Positions 27,790-38,027 of a DNA stretch of 45,015 nt are shown one piece after another; the stretch's first letter is position 1; each line of letters begins with the position of its first letter. A program made the position numbers and the translations under genes. The DNA comes from Promethearchaeota archaeon. Its GTDB lineage: Archaea; Asgardarchaeota; Lokiarchaeia; Sigyniarchaeales; SOKP01. The stretch spans positions 1 through 45,015 of the forward strand of contig JBHLLU010000033.1 in the NCBI GenBank assembly GCA_048938895.1. Direction: 5' to 3'. The notes below the pieces were generated by a model. The model was given only the letters and a program-made list of their open reading frames with translations. It was not told the DNA's origin and ran no database searches.

Positions 27790-28066
27790 TACATCTCACC
27801 CTAAAATTATTTGGTTATGGTAATATTTCTCAAGGACTTATTTAACATTTTTGTTCTTATTCATTTGTAAAAATCTCCCTAGCATTTCAAATAGACCCTT
27901 ACACCTATAACTCTAATATCTAAAAAACAGTCAAAAGGAAAGGATATTGAGGATATTATGAAACTGTTAATTATCATCAAAAATTCATTTTCTTGTAACT
28001 TTTATATGTTTATTTAGATTAATTGAAGAAAAGGAAGTCTAATTAAATATAATTTTAAAGAATAAA

Positions 28067-28966
28067 ATGATAATTGATATTCACTGTCATGTGTGGGAAG
28101 AAAAATATTTACCCGAGGATTTAATTGTCGTTTTGCGTTCCATTGCTAAGCTGATGAATTATGATCCAAAATTAATCTTCGATGCGAATCCAGATAGATT
28201 AGTATCAGAAATGGATGATGCGGGTATAGATAAAACAGTTATTTTTGGAGTGGATTATGAATACCTCTTTAGAGGAGAGGTTAGTTATCGAGAATATAAT
28301 GATATGGTTGCTGAATATGTGAATAAGTATCCTGATCGGCTTATAGGGTTTGCTGCAATCGATCCAAGACGAGGAAAAAAAGCGATCCAAGAGTTAGACA
28401 GATGTATAGATGACCTTGGCTTTAAAGGAATTAAATTATGGCCTTTAACTGGCTTTTATCCCGATGATAAAGAATTTTATCCATTCTATGAACGAGCTCA
28501 AGATTTGGGTGTCACAATTTTATGTCATACTGGAATGGGTCCCAGCAAAACATATTTAAAATATAATAGACCTATGTATGTTGACACAATTGCGGTCGAT
28601 TTCCCCAGTATCAATATTATAATGGCTCACATGGGTGATCCTTGGGTAAATGAAGGGATTACTGTTGCTACAAAGAATCCTAATGTCTACCTGGATATCT
28701 CTGGATTAGAGCCAATCTTTAAAAACGCCCCTTTTGCGTTTTTCCAAAACATTTTAGAAGCTAAGATGTCATGTGGAATAGATAAAATTTTATTTGGTTC
28801 TGATTGGCCTTTATTCTCCCCCTTAGTGTCGCTTCAAAAGTACGTGGAAGGAATTAAAAAGATGAAATTACCTGCTCCAATAAAAATGATGGGGATGCCT
28901 GACTTTACAACTGAAGAATCAGACAGTATTCTTGGAGGTAATGCTCAAAAATTATTAGATCTATAG
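28067..28966 (+). CDS. amidohydrolase family protein (Amidohydro_2)
   Basis: IDIHCH, GIKL, HTG, AHMG and FGSDWP motifs. Confidence 0.9.
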   Translation: MIIDIHCHVWEEKYLPEDLIVVLRSIAKLMNYDPKLIFDANPDRLVSEMDDAGIDKTVIFGVDYEYLFRGEVSYREYNDMVAEYVNKYPDRLIGFAAIDPRRGKKAIQELDRCIDDLGFKGIKLWPLTGFYPDDKEFYPFYERAQDLGVTILCHTGMGPSKTYLKYNRPMYVDTIAVDFPSINIIMAHMGDPWVNEGITVATKNPNVYLDISGLEPIFKNAPFAFFQNILEAKMSCGIDKILFGSDWPLFSPLVSLQKYVEGIKKMKLPAPIKMMGMPDFTTEESDSILGGNAQKLLDL

Positions 28967-29013
28967 ACTTGGGAAATAAGATTCCATAAAATAAAAGGTA
29001 TTTTAAAAAATAT

Positions 29014-29391
29014 TCAATGGTAAGAATTTATAGGTTGTTCCATTGCTTTTTTCACATTATTGATCAATCTTTTAGTGTCAAAAGGTTTTCCTTTAAAGCT
29101 GATGATACCTAGCAAAGTGGCTTCTTTTTGAATAGTTAAGTCTGCGCTCGCAAAAATAATTTTAGCATTACTATCATATTCTAAAATTTCCCTAGATGCT
29201 TCAATCCCGTTCATAATTGGCATTCGGTGGTCCATGATAATTACATCAGGTTTGTCATTGAGAGATTTATATAATTCTACTGCTTCTTTGCCATTTTTTG
29301 CCATTCCTGCTATCTCAAAGCCGACAGAAATAAACAGGAGTTTATATAATTCCAAAATAGACAATTCATCATCTACCAGCATTATTGACAC
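29014..29391 (-). CDS. stand-alone response regulator receiver (CheY-like)
   Basis: LVDD, MDHRMP (phospho-Asp), SA and KP motifs. Confidence 0.92.
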   Translation of the reverse strand: MSIMLVDDELSILELYKLLFISVGFEIAGMAKNGKEAVELYKSLNDKPDVIIMDHRMPIMNGIEASREILEYDSNAKIIFASADLTIQKEATLLGIISFKGKPFDTKRLINNVKKAMEQPINSYH

Positions 29392-29395
29392 TATC

Positions 29396-30715
29396 TTAAT
29401 TCACCTTAGGAATTAATAAAATAAAATTACTTCCCTTTGTATAATCTCCCTTAACGTTATCCTCTACCCAAATTTCCCCATTATAATTGTCAATAATTCG
29501 CTTTACAAGAAGTAATCCTAATCCCATCCCCTTTACTCTATCTCTGTCTTTTATGACTGATTTAAATACTGCATCTTTCATTTCATCAGGAATACCAATC
29601 CCATTATCTTTAAATTCAATTTTTAAGTATTTTAAATCGTTTTGCTTGATATTAGCTATATCTATTGAAATTTTTATGGATGATTTATCATTATATTTTA
29701 CAGCATTCATTAGTATATTTTCGAACACATCTAATAGCAACTCATTAGCATTTACAAACCGTTCCTTGGGCTCGTAGTTCTTTTGAATAGTAATATCTTT
29801 TTTTGGATAGCTTTCAATTATAAAATTAGTTGAAAGATCCAAACAATTTATAATGTTAACTTTGCGCAAGTTGATTTCTTCTTCTTCAACTTGAGAAAAT
29901 TTGCGTATATTATTGACTAACTTCGATCCTCTTGTTACTTGTTCGTCCATAATATTGAAAATATTATCAATATCTTCCTTTTTATCGTCTAATCCATGCC
30001 ATTGTGAAACTAACTCTAATGATGTTTTAACATTTTGAAGAATATTGCTTATATCATGCGCAAAAAGATCCTTATAAAATTCAGCTCTGTTAAAAGCACT
30101 TCTGAATCTTATTTCTGATTTTTTAATGCGATCTTCAATAGGGCCTGCTAAAGCTGTTGCTAGCAGAAAGGTAATAGTAATAATATTTCCAACATAACTC
30201 AGTTCCCATGGACCTTTTATTGGGAAGTTATCTAATAACGTACCAATTGAGGTAGTTATGCCTGAACCGATGGTAAAAAACATTACTAGGTGGGTTATGG
30301 ACCTCTTTTTAATATATAATCGTAAAAGCATCACCATAATTACAGATAAAAGAATTAGGGTTAAAAATTGAACAGAGATTAGTATCAGACCAAAACTTAT
30401 AGAAGAATATATTTGGTGCTGAAGTTTTTTTATTTGGTCAGTTCTTTCTGATTCTTTAAAAAAAACATTATGGTACTCGATAAACACTGCCAGGATAAAT
30501 ACGAAAACTGTTAGGAAGTAGAAAATATCCCCTATAAGACGATAAATATCATCAATTATTTGAAGATATATAAATACTGATCCAATTGAAAAATTAATAC
30601 ACCCAATAAACCAAGATATTAAATCTCTTCTCCATAAGCAAGATATACCGAAGATTATTGTAGTACAAACAGTATAACACGCGAGAATAAGATTAATTAT
30701 ACTTTCCTCTAGCAG
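29396..30715 (-). CDS. membrane sensor histidine kinase (439 aa, probable CTG start)
   Basis: AHDISN H-box, ENILMNAVKY, DNGIGI and GMGLGL; frame stays open 76 codons upstream of the track GTG to a CTG preceded by AGGTGA. Confidence 0.85.
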   Translation of the reverse strand: MLEESIINLILACYTVCTTIIFGISCLWRRDLISWFIGCINFSIGSVFIYLQIIDDIYRLIGDIFYFLTVFVFILAVFIEYHNVFFKESERTDQIKKLQHQIYSSISFGLILISVQFLTLILLSVIMVMLLRLYIKKRSITHLVMFFTIGSGITTSIGTLLDNFPIKGPWELSYVGNIITITFLLATALAGPIEDRIKKSEIRFRSAFNRAEFYKDLFAHDISNILQNVKTSLELVSQWHGLDDKKEDIDNIFNIMDEQVTRGSKLVNNIRKFSQVEEEEINLRKVNIINCLDLSTNFIIESYPKKDITIQKNYEPKERFVNANELLLDVFENILMNAVKYNDKSSIKISIDIANIKQNDLKYLKIEFKDNGIGIPDEMKDAVFKSVIKDRDRVKGMGLGLLLVKRIIDNYNGEIWVEDNVKGDYTKGSNFILLIPKVN

Positions 30716-30841
30716 TTTTATTCACCTAAATATCCCATCGTCTTAATTAATATAGCAACTTACCTATTTAATTATTTTCCAAATAACTAACTACCACTAT
30801 TTCAGAATTAAAAATAAAAGAAACCAATGAAAGAGTCGATA

Positions 30842-31636
30842 TTATCTCCCTATAAACTTTGGTTTTCTTTTTTCAAAAAAAGCTTTTAATCCTTCTTGAA
30901 AATCAAAAGTACCTGCAGTTTTTATAATGTGTTCTCGTTCTCTGTCTAAGTGGGTCTCCAAGTTATTATAATATGATTCTTTTAGAAGCCTTTTAGTGTT
31001 CTCAAATGCTAATGGGGCTCCATGACTTATTTCAATAGCTAATTTTTTGGTTTCTTCTGTAAGTGCTTCTATACTAACAACTTTATTTACTAAGTTATAT
31101 TGTAATGCTTCTTCAGCATTAAGAACCCTATTTAGGAATAACATTTCATTTGCCAAACTCAATCCTACAAATTTGGGTAGATAAAATGTAGAAGAAGAAT
31201 CAGGTGATAAACCAATTCTTGTGAATGCACAGCCAAATGTTGCATTTTTAGCACTTATTCTAAAATCACAAGCTGTCGCATATCCCAAGCCTGCTCCAAA
31301 ACAAGCTCCATTAATAGCAGCAATAGTCAAAATTTCCATATTTTTTAGAACTCTTATACCCTCATGTAATCTGCTTACTAATTCATTCATAAAATCAACA
31401 GGTTTTTCTGCTTGTTGAAATTCACTTACATCACCACCTGCACAAAACGCTTTTCCTCTTCCAGATAATACAAGACAACGTATTGATTCATCATTTGAGA
31501 TTTCATTGAAAGCAGAAATCAGTTCTTCCACATGTTGAATATTAAATGCATTCAACTGATTAGGACGGTTCATATAGATTGTTGCGATATTGTTAGACGC
31601 ATCAACTTCTGTTTCAATCAATTCATATTTTTTCAT
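30842..31636 (-). CDS. enoyl-CoA hydratase/isomerase, PaaG-like
   Basis: FCAGGDV, GAGLGYATACD and AFTRIGLSPD; lacks both catalytic Glu but keeps the Asp typical of PaaG-type isomerases. Confidence 0.88.
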   Translation of the reverse strand: MKKYELIETEVDASNNIATIYMNRPNQLNAFNIQHVEELISAFNEISNDESIRCLVLSGRGKAFCAGGDVSEFQQAEKPVDFMNELVSRLHEGIRVLKNMEILTIAAINGACFGAGLGYATACDFRISAKNATFGCAFTRIGLSPDSSSTFYLPKFVGLSLANEMLFLNRVLNAEEALQYNLVNKVVSIEALTEETKKLAIEISHGAPLAFENTKRLLKESYYNNLETHLDREREHIIKTAGTFDFQEGLKAFFEKRKPKFIGR

Positions 31637-31689
31637 ATGCTCCAGAATTAAGGATAGAATTAAAAAATTATTTGTCTAACTTGAACCAA

Positions 31690-33081
31690 TCAATAACCAT
31701 GTTTTTCTTTTAAAGTATCAGTTAAATTATTCAATTTAATTGAAGTTTTAAGAACATTTATATTAATCTTGTCTAATGATTTGAAATTTCTTGGCAACTT
31801 TCTTATGTTTTCATTATAATATCGTTGAATCTCATCGATTTTCGGCAATTTAGCGATTAATTTTCCTTCTTTTATAATTGGTTTCAATAAAGGTTTTGAA
31901 TCTTTCAGAACAGCTTCATCTGTAAGAGCTAATAAATCATGATCGAATAATCCATCCTTACCATAAAATCTATACACCTGCTTAATTCCAGGATATGTTA
32001 CTTTATCTTCACTGATTTTAATTTTGGGGATACCATTATATTCAATTAGTTTATAGACACCAGAAAGGGTTGGGTCATCTCGAGAAGTCGCTAATTCTGT
32101 TCCAACACCAAAAGCATCAATAGGAGCATTTTTATCAATTATTTCTTTGATTTTGTATTCATTTAGGTCTGAACTGGCGACAATGAGTACCTTACCACAG
32201 CCATTCTGATCTAAAATTTTCCTCACTTTTTTAGCATGTTCAATGAGATCTCCAGAATCAATTCTTACGCCCTTTATATTATTATTAAACTCTATACACT
32301 TTGCAGCAGCCTTTTCGGTATCATATGTATCTATTAAAAGAATTGAGTCTTCTTTATAAAACTTAAAATAGGTTCTAAAGCTATCAATTTCTTCTTCAAA
32401 TTTCTGAACAAAACTATGTGCCATTGTTCCTGTAGAGTTAATTCCCAATTCAATGTCTGCAACTACGTTACTTGTACCATTAAATCCTGCGATATAACTA
32501 GCTCTCGCAGCATAAACTCCTGCAAGTGGGCTATGTGAACGTCTTGTTCCAAATTCAAGAAGTACTTTATTGGGTGCAATATTTCTAATTCTTGAGGCTT
32601 TTGAAGCAATTAATGTTTGAAAATTAATTACATTAAGTATATATGTTTCTGCCAATTGTGCATGGATCATAGGTCCCTGAATCCATACAATCGGTTCATT
32701 TGGGAAAAAGAATTCCCCTTCTTTCATTGCCCATAAATCCAATTTAAATTTAAATTTAGGTAAATACTCTTCAAAAAAGCTTGAATCGATATTATTGAAA
32801 ACCGATTTTTTCCTAAGAAAGTTTATTGTGTCCTCTGAAAATCGAGCGTTATGCAAATATTGAACTACCTGTTCTAAACCTGCAAAAATTAAATAATTCC
32901 GATTTTTTGGAAATTTCCTAATAAATAGTTCAAAGGTAGCAATATCATCTTCTTCTTTAATATTCCTTTCAAGATTATATTGATAATACGCAGCAGACAT
33001 CGTGAGTTGGTAGAAATCTGTGCTTAAGATCATATTCTTGTCAGACACAAAACCAGAACTTAAATTGTTCATTCTCTTCAA
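31690..33081 (-). CDS. pncB: nicotinate phosphoribosyltransferase
   Basis: TDFYQLTM, EFGTRR, GTMAHS, LIDTYD, RIDSGD, FGVGT and VYKL motifs. Confidence 0.95.
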   Translation of the reverse strand: MKRMNNLSSGFVSDKNMILSTDFYQLTMSAAYYQYNLERNIKEEDDIATFELFIRKFPKNRNYLIFAGLEQVVQYLHNARFSEDTINFLRKKSVFNNIDSSFFEEYLPKFKFKLDLWAMKEGEFFFPNEPIVWIQGPMIHAQLAETYILNVINFQTLIASKASRIRNIAPNKVLLEFGTRRSHSPLAGVYAARASYIAGFNGTSNVVADIELGINSTGTMAHSFVQKFEEEIDSFRTYFKFYKEDSILLIDTYDTEKAAAKCIEFNNNIKGVRIDSGDLIEHAKKVRKILDQNGCGKVLIVASSDLNEYKIKEIIDKNAPIDAFGVGTELATSRDDPTLSGVYKLIEYNGIPKIKISEDKVTYPGIKQVYRFYGKDGLFDHDLLALTDEAVLKDSKPLLKPIIKEGKLIAKLPKIDEIQRYYNENIRKLPRNFKSLDKININVLKTSIKLNNLTDTLKEKHGY

Positions 33082-33181
33082 CGATTTTAAATGATATGTT
33101 TTAATTAATTATTTTACATATATTGATTATAAACCTTTTTTCTGTAAAACTTTAGAAACATAATTAGTATTTACATAAGCT

Positions 33182-34054
33182 TTAGGAATTTAAATTTGTT
33201 AATTTTGCACTAAGTTCCCACAGCTTTTGAGCTAGATCCTTGTCATAAGATGCTTTACTAGACTTAGATACTTTTCTTTTTTTGAAATACTTCCCACTTA
33301 CTCCTTCCACATCAGGAGAAGACGCACAATAAATAGATGTTTTAGCACCTCTTTTTGGACCAATTACAAACAAGCTAATAATTGGGAAGAAGTATTTAAC
33401 AAATTTTCTAAAATTACGAATCATGTTTGTTCTTACATATCCGGGGTGAAGACAATTAATAGTAACTCCGTTTCCATCAAACCTTCTAGCAAATTCATAG
33501 GTAAATAAGACTACTGCTAATTTAGACATTGAATATGCTTTCATTTGACTGTAATTTATTTCTCCATTAACATTTTCAAAATAAATTGATTTGGCTTGTA
33601 CACTCGAAGCAACATTCACTATCCTGGCAGGTGCACTAGTTTTTAGTAGATCAAATAATAAATTAGACAATAGAAATTGCGCTAAATAATTAACTGCAAA
33701 TGTTGTTTCAATTCCATCTTCAGTCAACGTACGCTTACTTAGGTTAACACCTGCATTATTAATAAGTACATCTAAACGTTTATATCTTTCTTTAAAATCA
33801 AATACAAATTGACGAATTTCTTTTTGAGAGGATAAGTCTACTAACATTAAATCAATTAAATCATTGTTAGATTCTCTTTTAATATATTTTAATGCCTTTT
33901 CACCTCTTTCTTTGTTCCGACAAGCTATTACAATTGTAGCCCCCATCTTTGCTAATCCAATTGCTGTAGCTTTACCAATCCCAGAATTAGCTCCTGTGAT
34001 TAAGCAAATTTTATCTTTCATAACATCAGTTTTGCGTTCTTTAGCACTAACCAA
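33182..34054 (-). CDS. short-chain dehydrogenase/reductase (retinol dehydrogenase-like)
   Basis: TGANSGIG, NNAG, YSMSK and HPG.V.T motifs. Confidence 0.92.
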   Translation of the reverse strand: MVSAKERKTDVMKDKICLITGANSGIGKATAIGLAKMGATIVIACRNKERGEKALKYIKRESNNDLIDLMLVDLSSQKEIRQFVFDFKERYKRLDVLINNAGVNLSKRTLTEDGIETTFAVNYLAQFLLSNLLFDLLKTSAPARIVNVASSVQAKSIYFENVNGEINYSQMKAYSMSKLAVVLFTYEFARRFDGNGVTINCLHPGYVRTNMIRNFRKFVKYFFPIISLFVIGPKRGAKTSIYCASSPDVEGVSGKYFKKRKVSKSSKASYDKDLAQKLWELSAKLTNLNS

Positions 34055-34179
34055 GCAAATTCCCTAAATATATAATTGATCCATTCCTAATTAAAAGAGG
34101 AAAAGCAATTAAGAGAAGGAATTAAGGTTAATAAAAGCTTTGTAGTTGTTATTTATATAAAACTTGAGATAAAATTTGC

Positions 34180-35136
34180 TTAAAGTTTTTCTACTTTTCT
34201 AATGTTTTTTACCAATATCCCCCAAAAATTATCCTTATCAAGTTTTCCATTTACACTAATCTTATCTTTTACCTTTAGGTTATTGTCATTCTGTAATTTC
34301 TCACTGATTCTAATTTTTAATTTTTCAATATTAACTATATCCTCTTGTCGAAAATCTGCCTTTCGATATATTTTTCGCCCCAACTTAATATCTTTCAAGG
34401 TTACATGATAAAAGATATTGATATTCCCTTGAAATTCTGATTGTCTTTGGGTAATTTCTTCTATCTCACCTTCATAGATAGTGACACTACTATTTAGAAA
34501 TTTCATTAATTCTGCATTATCAGAACTTTCATCCACCAAAGAAACTTTGCTGGTACTTTTAGCTTGTGCACCAACCGCATCTGTCGTTGCGATTTTTATT
34601 GATTTAATTCGTGCCTTGAAATCTTCTGGTAATTTTGTTAGTGTCCAATCCTCAAGTTTTAAAAAGCCTTCCTTTAGAGAGAGAATAAATCCAATCCAAA
34701 AATGACTACAAAAACCCATATTTGAACCGATTCGACAATCACAATCTCTTTCTGGATCTTGGATATTCTTGGGGGTAATAGATAAATAAGAGCTGACCTC
34801 CCAATTGAACCCCTTAAAAGTCAGCTCGATCTCATGGTTTTTAGGATTCACAATCTTAATTTCAGATATACTCTCTCTATCTTCCCCACTAATCTTCTTA
34901 AAAGCAAGATTTATCTCATCTGAAATAATTTCTATTTCTTTTTGTAAAATTAACTCCTCTAATTCCTCTTCTGATAAAGAATCAAGGACAAAATCTACAA
35001 GTTCAGATTTCTTTAATTTTGAGTATCCTTTTATCTCAAAATCTCGACAGACTTGTTTTAATTTATCAACACTTAATGATTGTAAAAGATAATTCAAATA
35101 TTTTCTATTATCAATTTGTCTTTTCGATTTGCTCAA
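34180..35136 (-). CDS. hypothetical protein: Rho_N/SAP-like helical domain + SWIM zinc finger + putative OB fold
   Basis: LSVDKLKQVCRDFEIKGYSKLKKSELV; CDC-x7-CSH; beta-rich C-terminus (LKVKDKISVNGKL). Confidence 0.7.
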   Translation of the reverse strand: MSKSKRQIDNRKYLNYLLQSLSVDKLKQVCRDFEIKGYSKLKKSELVDFVLDSLSEEELEELILQKEIEIISDEINLAFKKISGEDRESISEIKIVNPKNHEIELTFKGFNWEVSSYLSITPKNIQDPERDCDCRIGSNMGFCSHFWIGFILSLKEGFLKLEDWTLTKLPEDFKARIKSIKIATTDAVGAQAKSTSKVSLVDESSDNAELMKFLNSSVTIYEGEIEEITQRQSEFQGNINIFYHVTLKDIKLGRKIYRKADFRQEDIVNIEKLKIRISEKLQNDNNLKVKDKISVNGKLDKDNFWGILVKNIRKVEKL

Positions 35137-35449
35137 AGCTTATCAACACTTTATTTTAAGATATTATCTTCACTAATATTTTGGAAGATTAGTTAATATT
35201 TGTATCTTTCTTACATAATTGTTTAAGGCTGATAATAATATTTTCGAATATGTAAAATTTCTTTGGTTTTTTTAACTTTTTTCGATAAATCCTTTGGAAA
35301 AAAGAGCACCAATTAACACTATCTACATGGTTGAATTGTATGAAAATGTTTAAATATAAGATTATCCTTTTAATTTAAAATAAATAAATCTTTAACTAAA
35401 TAAATCTTCAATTGAATAAAATAAAATTGACGTTAGGTGATATTGACAA

Positions 35450-35659
35450 ATGAGCATTGAAAGTCCAGATTTTTTGAAGCATTTTGGAGAGATTAAATTT
35501 GCTGAAGAGAATAGTCTCCTTTACTCGGACTATGAGCTTGCATTAAAAAAACATCTGTTTGGAAAGAAAAAGATTCCACGCGGAACTTATAAATTTGGTG
35601 AAATAGATAATAATTCTATAAAAGATTTTGAACGATCTCTTAAAAATTATTTTTGGTAA
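35450..35659 (+). CDS. hypothetical protein
   Basis: 69 aa; AGGTGA RBS upstream of the ATG. Confidence 0.6.
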   Translation: MSIESPDFLKHFGEIKFAEENSLLYSDYELALKKHLFGKKKIPRGTYKFGEIDNNSIKDFERSLKNYFW

Positions 35660-35825
35660 TATTTTCTTCTTAATCTAAATTACTATTCGTATAGTATAAA
35701 TGCTATTTTTATAATTATAAGTTAAAATCCATAGATTTATTAGTCTCACTTATTCAATACTACTTAGGTTATTTAGAATAAACTTTATTTTTTTACAAAT
35801 ATTCTTAAAAGTATAGTAAAACTGT

Positions 35826-36293
35826 TTGAAAAATATGACAGAAGACGAGAGAGATTTTCTCTGGACCATAAAACTGGATTGGTTGAATATTGTTGCTATG
35901 CTTGACTTGGATAACATTAACCAAATTACAGAATTTAAAAAAATGAAGGCAATTAAAAAGATTACTGGGAAATTCGGACCGGAGAAACTTATGGAATTCG
36001 AACCAGATTACTTGGAAAGCCTGGTTGTAGATGAATTAAAGGAATTAATGAAGAAGGAATTATCATTGAATGCTAAGAAACAAGCCGAAATGGAAAAAGA
36101 GATACGAAGTAAGGTGATACCATTTAAAAAAGGTGGTATAATAAAACTTGACCCTCGGGATTTAAAAGATTTCAATGGAGATGAAAACGAATTATTAAAG
36201 TATTTTTATAAAAAATTCTTGGGGGGAGATGATGATGACAAAGACGAGGACAAGGACAAATATAAAGAGGATAATACTGGCTATTACATTTAA
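35826..36293 (+). CDS. hypothetical protein with acidic tail ending in GYYI
   Basis: 155-aa ORF (alternative ATG 35835); C-terminus GGDDDDKDEDKDKYKEDNTGYYI. Confidence 0.7.
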   Translation: MKNMTEDERDFLWTIKLDWLNIVAMLDLDNINQITEFKKMKAIKKITGKFGPEKLMEFEPDYLESLVVDELKELMKKELSLNAKKQAEMEKEIRSKVIPFKKGGIIKLDPRDLKDFNGDENELLKYFYKKFLGGDDDDKDEDKDKYKEDNTGYYI

Positions 36294-36361
36294 CGCTTTA
36301 ATTTAAAAATTTAATTTCTTCCTTTTTAATACATAGTAGAAAAAAATTAGTAGATTATATG

Positions 36362-37957
36362 TTAAGTAGGGTTTAAATATACTTTTTTTAACTTTCTATA
36401 GCTAAAATAGAAAATTATGTAAGTGGATCCTGACCAGATTATCCATGATAATCCTTGAAATGCGTCCAGATTAAACAAATAATTAATAAAGCTTTCTAAT
36501 ACATAAAATCCAAAATCATTTACTGCACCCGGAAAATCTACGATTTCTGGATTTAGGGTAATGGCAATAACTTCATGGGTATTATTTTTTAAAGTTGTAA
36601 ATATGTTAGCAATTGTTAAATTAGATGGATCTGCAATTTTCAATTTAACAAATGTATTAATATCTTCATTTGTATGAATATCTGAACCCCCCATACACGT
36701 AAGATTATTTGATAAACAGTAATTTCTTATTTCTGGATAATTCGCTCCATAACTTCCCCCATTTACTATTTCAAACCCATCAACTCCCCAATCCCTTAAT
36801 TGATCTAGGCTATAGGGGACCCCATAACCTCCATTAGGGTTTGGTTCAAAGTTGTAATGATTTACAGTAATATATCCGCCATTTCCTTTTACATAGTTAA
36901 TAGTATCTGAAGCATTCATGGCTATAGGGCCTCTAGGAGTAAAGGACTGGAGTGGGACAATCTCTTCTGTAATGCCATAATAATTCATATGAATATCATT
37001 TGCGTTATCTGTCCACTCTTCTCCTATAAAAACTATAAAATCTAAACTGTTATCTTGAACATACTTCTGAGCTTGTTTAGCGCCCCTTAAGTTATCATGG
37101 TCCGTAAAAGCAGCTCCAGAAATTCCTTGACTCATATACCATTTAATTCTTTCTTCCACAGTAATCCAGCCATCTGAATAGGTAGTGTGCACATGAAAAT
37201 CAAATAAAAATTCATCATCTTCTAGTGGTATAGTTGGTATTATTTTTTGTGTAGGGAATGGTGTAGATATTAAAAGAATATTACTACTAAGAAGTAAAGC
37301 ACCAATTCCAACATATAATATGATTTCACGATTAACTTGTCGGATTTTATGCGGGATTTTCACTCTATCCAAGCTATACCATTTATCAGAGGATTTAGTT
37401 CTAAGCTTGAGATAAAGTAATTGAATTATAACATAAGCTATTTTTATAGCGATTAAAATCGTACTAATCCGAATGGCTAATTGTATCGCCACCATAAAAT
37501 ATCTTGTAACGAAAAAATACCCTTTAATTCCAATTCCTACAAGAATATATATCCCAACAACTAATATAGCGGGAATTAAGATCTTAAATGAAAATGAGAT
37601 AATATCAGCAAGATAATAAGATATAAAATTCCATCTCTTTGAAGTAAACCTCCCTCTTTTTTTTAAGAATAAATATAGCCCTCTTAAAATGGGATAGAAT
37701 ATTAAAAAAAGAAACATCCAGGTAAATTCATACTCTAAAACATACCCTATTGCATATAATGGCTCAATAATATACCTGAGCACTGGGTATTTACTTGAAA
37801 AATCAGAAGAGATGTCAATATCCCCAAGAGCATCATAAAAGATGACTGTCCTTTCTGCAGTAATAGTTAATATTCCTAGGAATACAAACCATATCAAAAA
37901 AACAATGGTACTAACTGTTAAAAATTTATTATTTCTAATGAAAGTTCGAAAATTCAT
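36362..37957 (-). CDS. membrane-bound PHP-domain phosphoesterase
   Basis: DFHVHTTYSDG, FTDHD, GEE, NH and GSDIH; several N-terminal TMs and a C-terminal TM. Confidence 0.85.
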   Translation of the reverse strand: MNFRTFIRNNKFLTVSTIVFLIWFVFLGILTITAERTVIFYDALGDIDISSDFSSKYPVLRYIIEPLYAIGYVLEYEFTWMFLFLIFYPILRGLYLFLKKRGRFTSKRWNFISYYLADIISFSFKILIPAILVVGIYILVGIGIKGYFFVTRYFMVAIQLAIRISTILIAIKIAYVIIQLLYLKLRTKSSDKWYSLDRVKIPHKIRQVNREIILYVGIGALLLSSNILLISTPFPTQKIIPTIPLEDDEFLFDFHVHTTYSDGWITVEERIKWYMSQGISGAAFTDHDNLRGAKQAQKYVQDNSLDFIVFIGEEWTDNANDIHMNYYGITEEIVPLQSFTPRGPIAMNASDTINYVKGNGGYITVNHYNFEPNPNGGYGVPYSLDQLRDWGVDGFEIVNGGSYGANYPEIRNYCLSNNLTCMGGSDIHTNEDINTFVKLKIADPSNLTIANIFTTLKNNTHEVIAITLNPEIVDFPGAVNDFGFYVLESFINYLFNLDAFQGLSWIIWSGSTYIIFYFSYRKLKKVYLNPT

Positions 37958-38027
37958 ATAACTATTGAGAATGAACTTCCTAATAAATATTAGATAAAAT
38001 AAATAACCATTACACTTGTGTAATATT

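Noticed and set aside
30722-30724. In-frame TGA upstream of the kinase as selenocysteine
   Set aside because: It is part of the AGGTGA ribosome-binding site; no Sec-type context, and no TGA-interrupted gene was noticed elsewhere
35223-35312. 29-codon minus-strand ORF (MVLFFPKDLSKK..)
   Set aside because: Very short, with no RBS or recognisable motif
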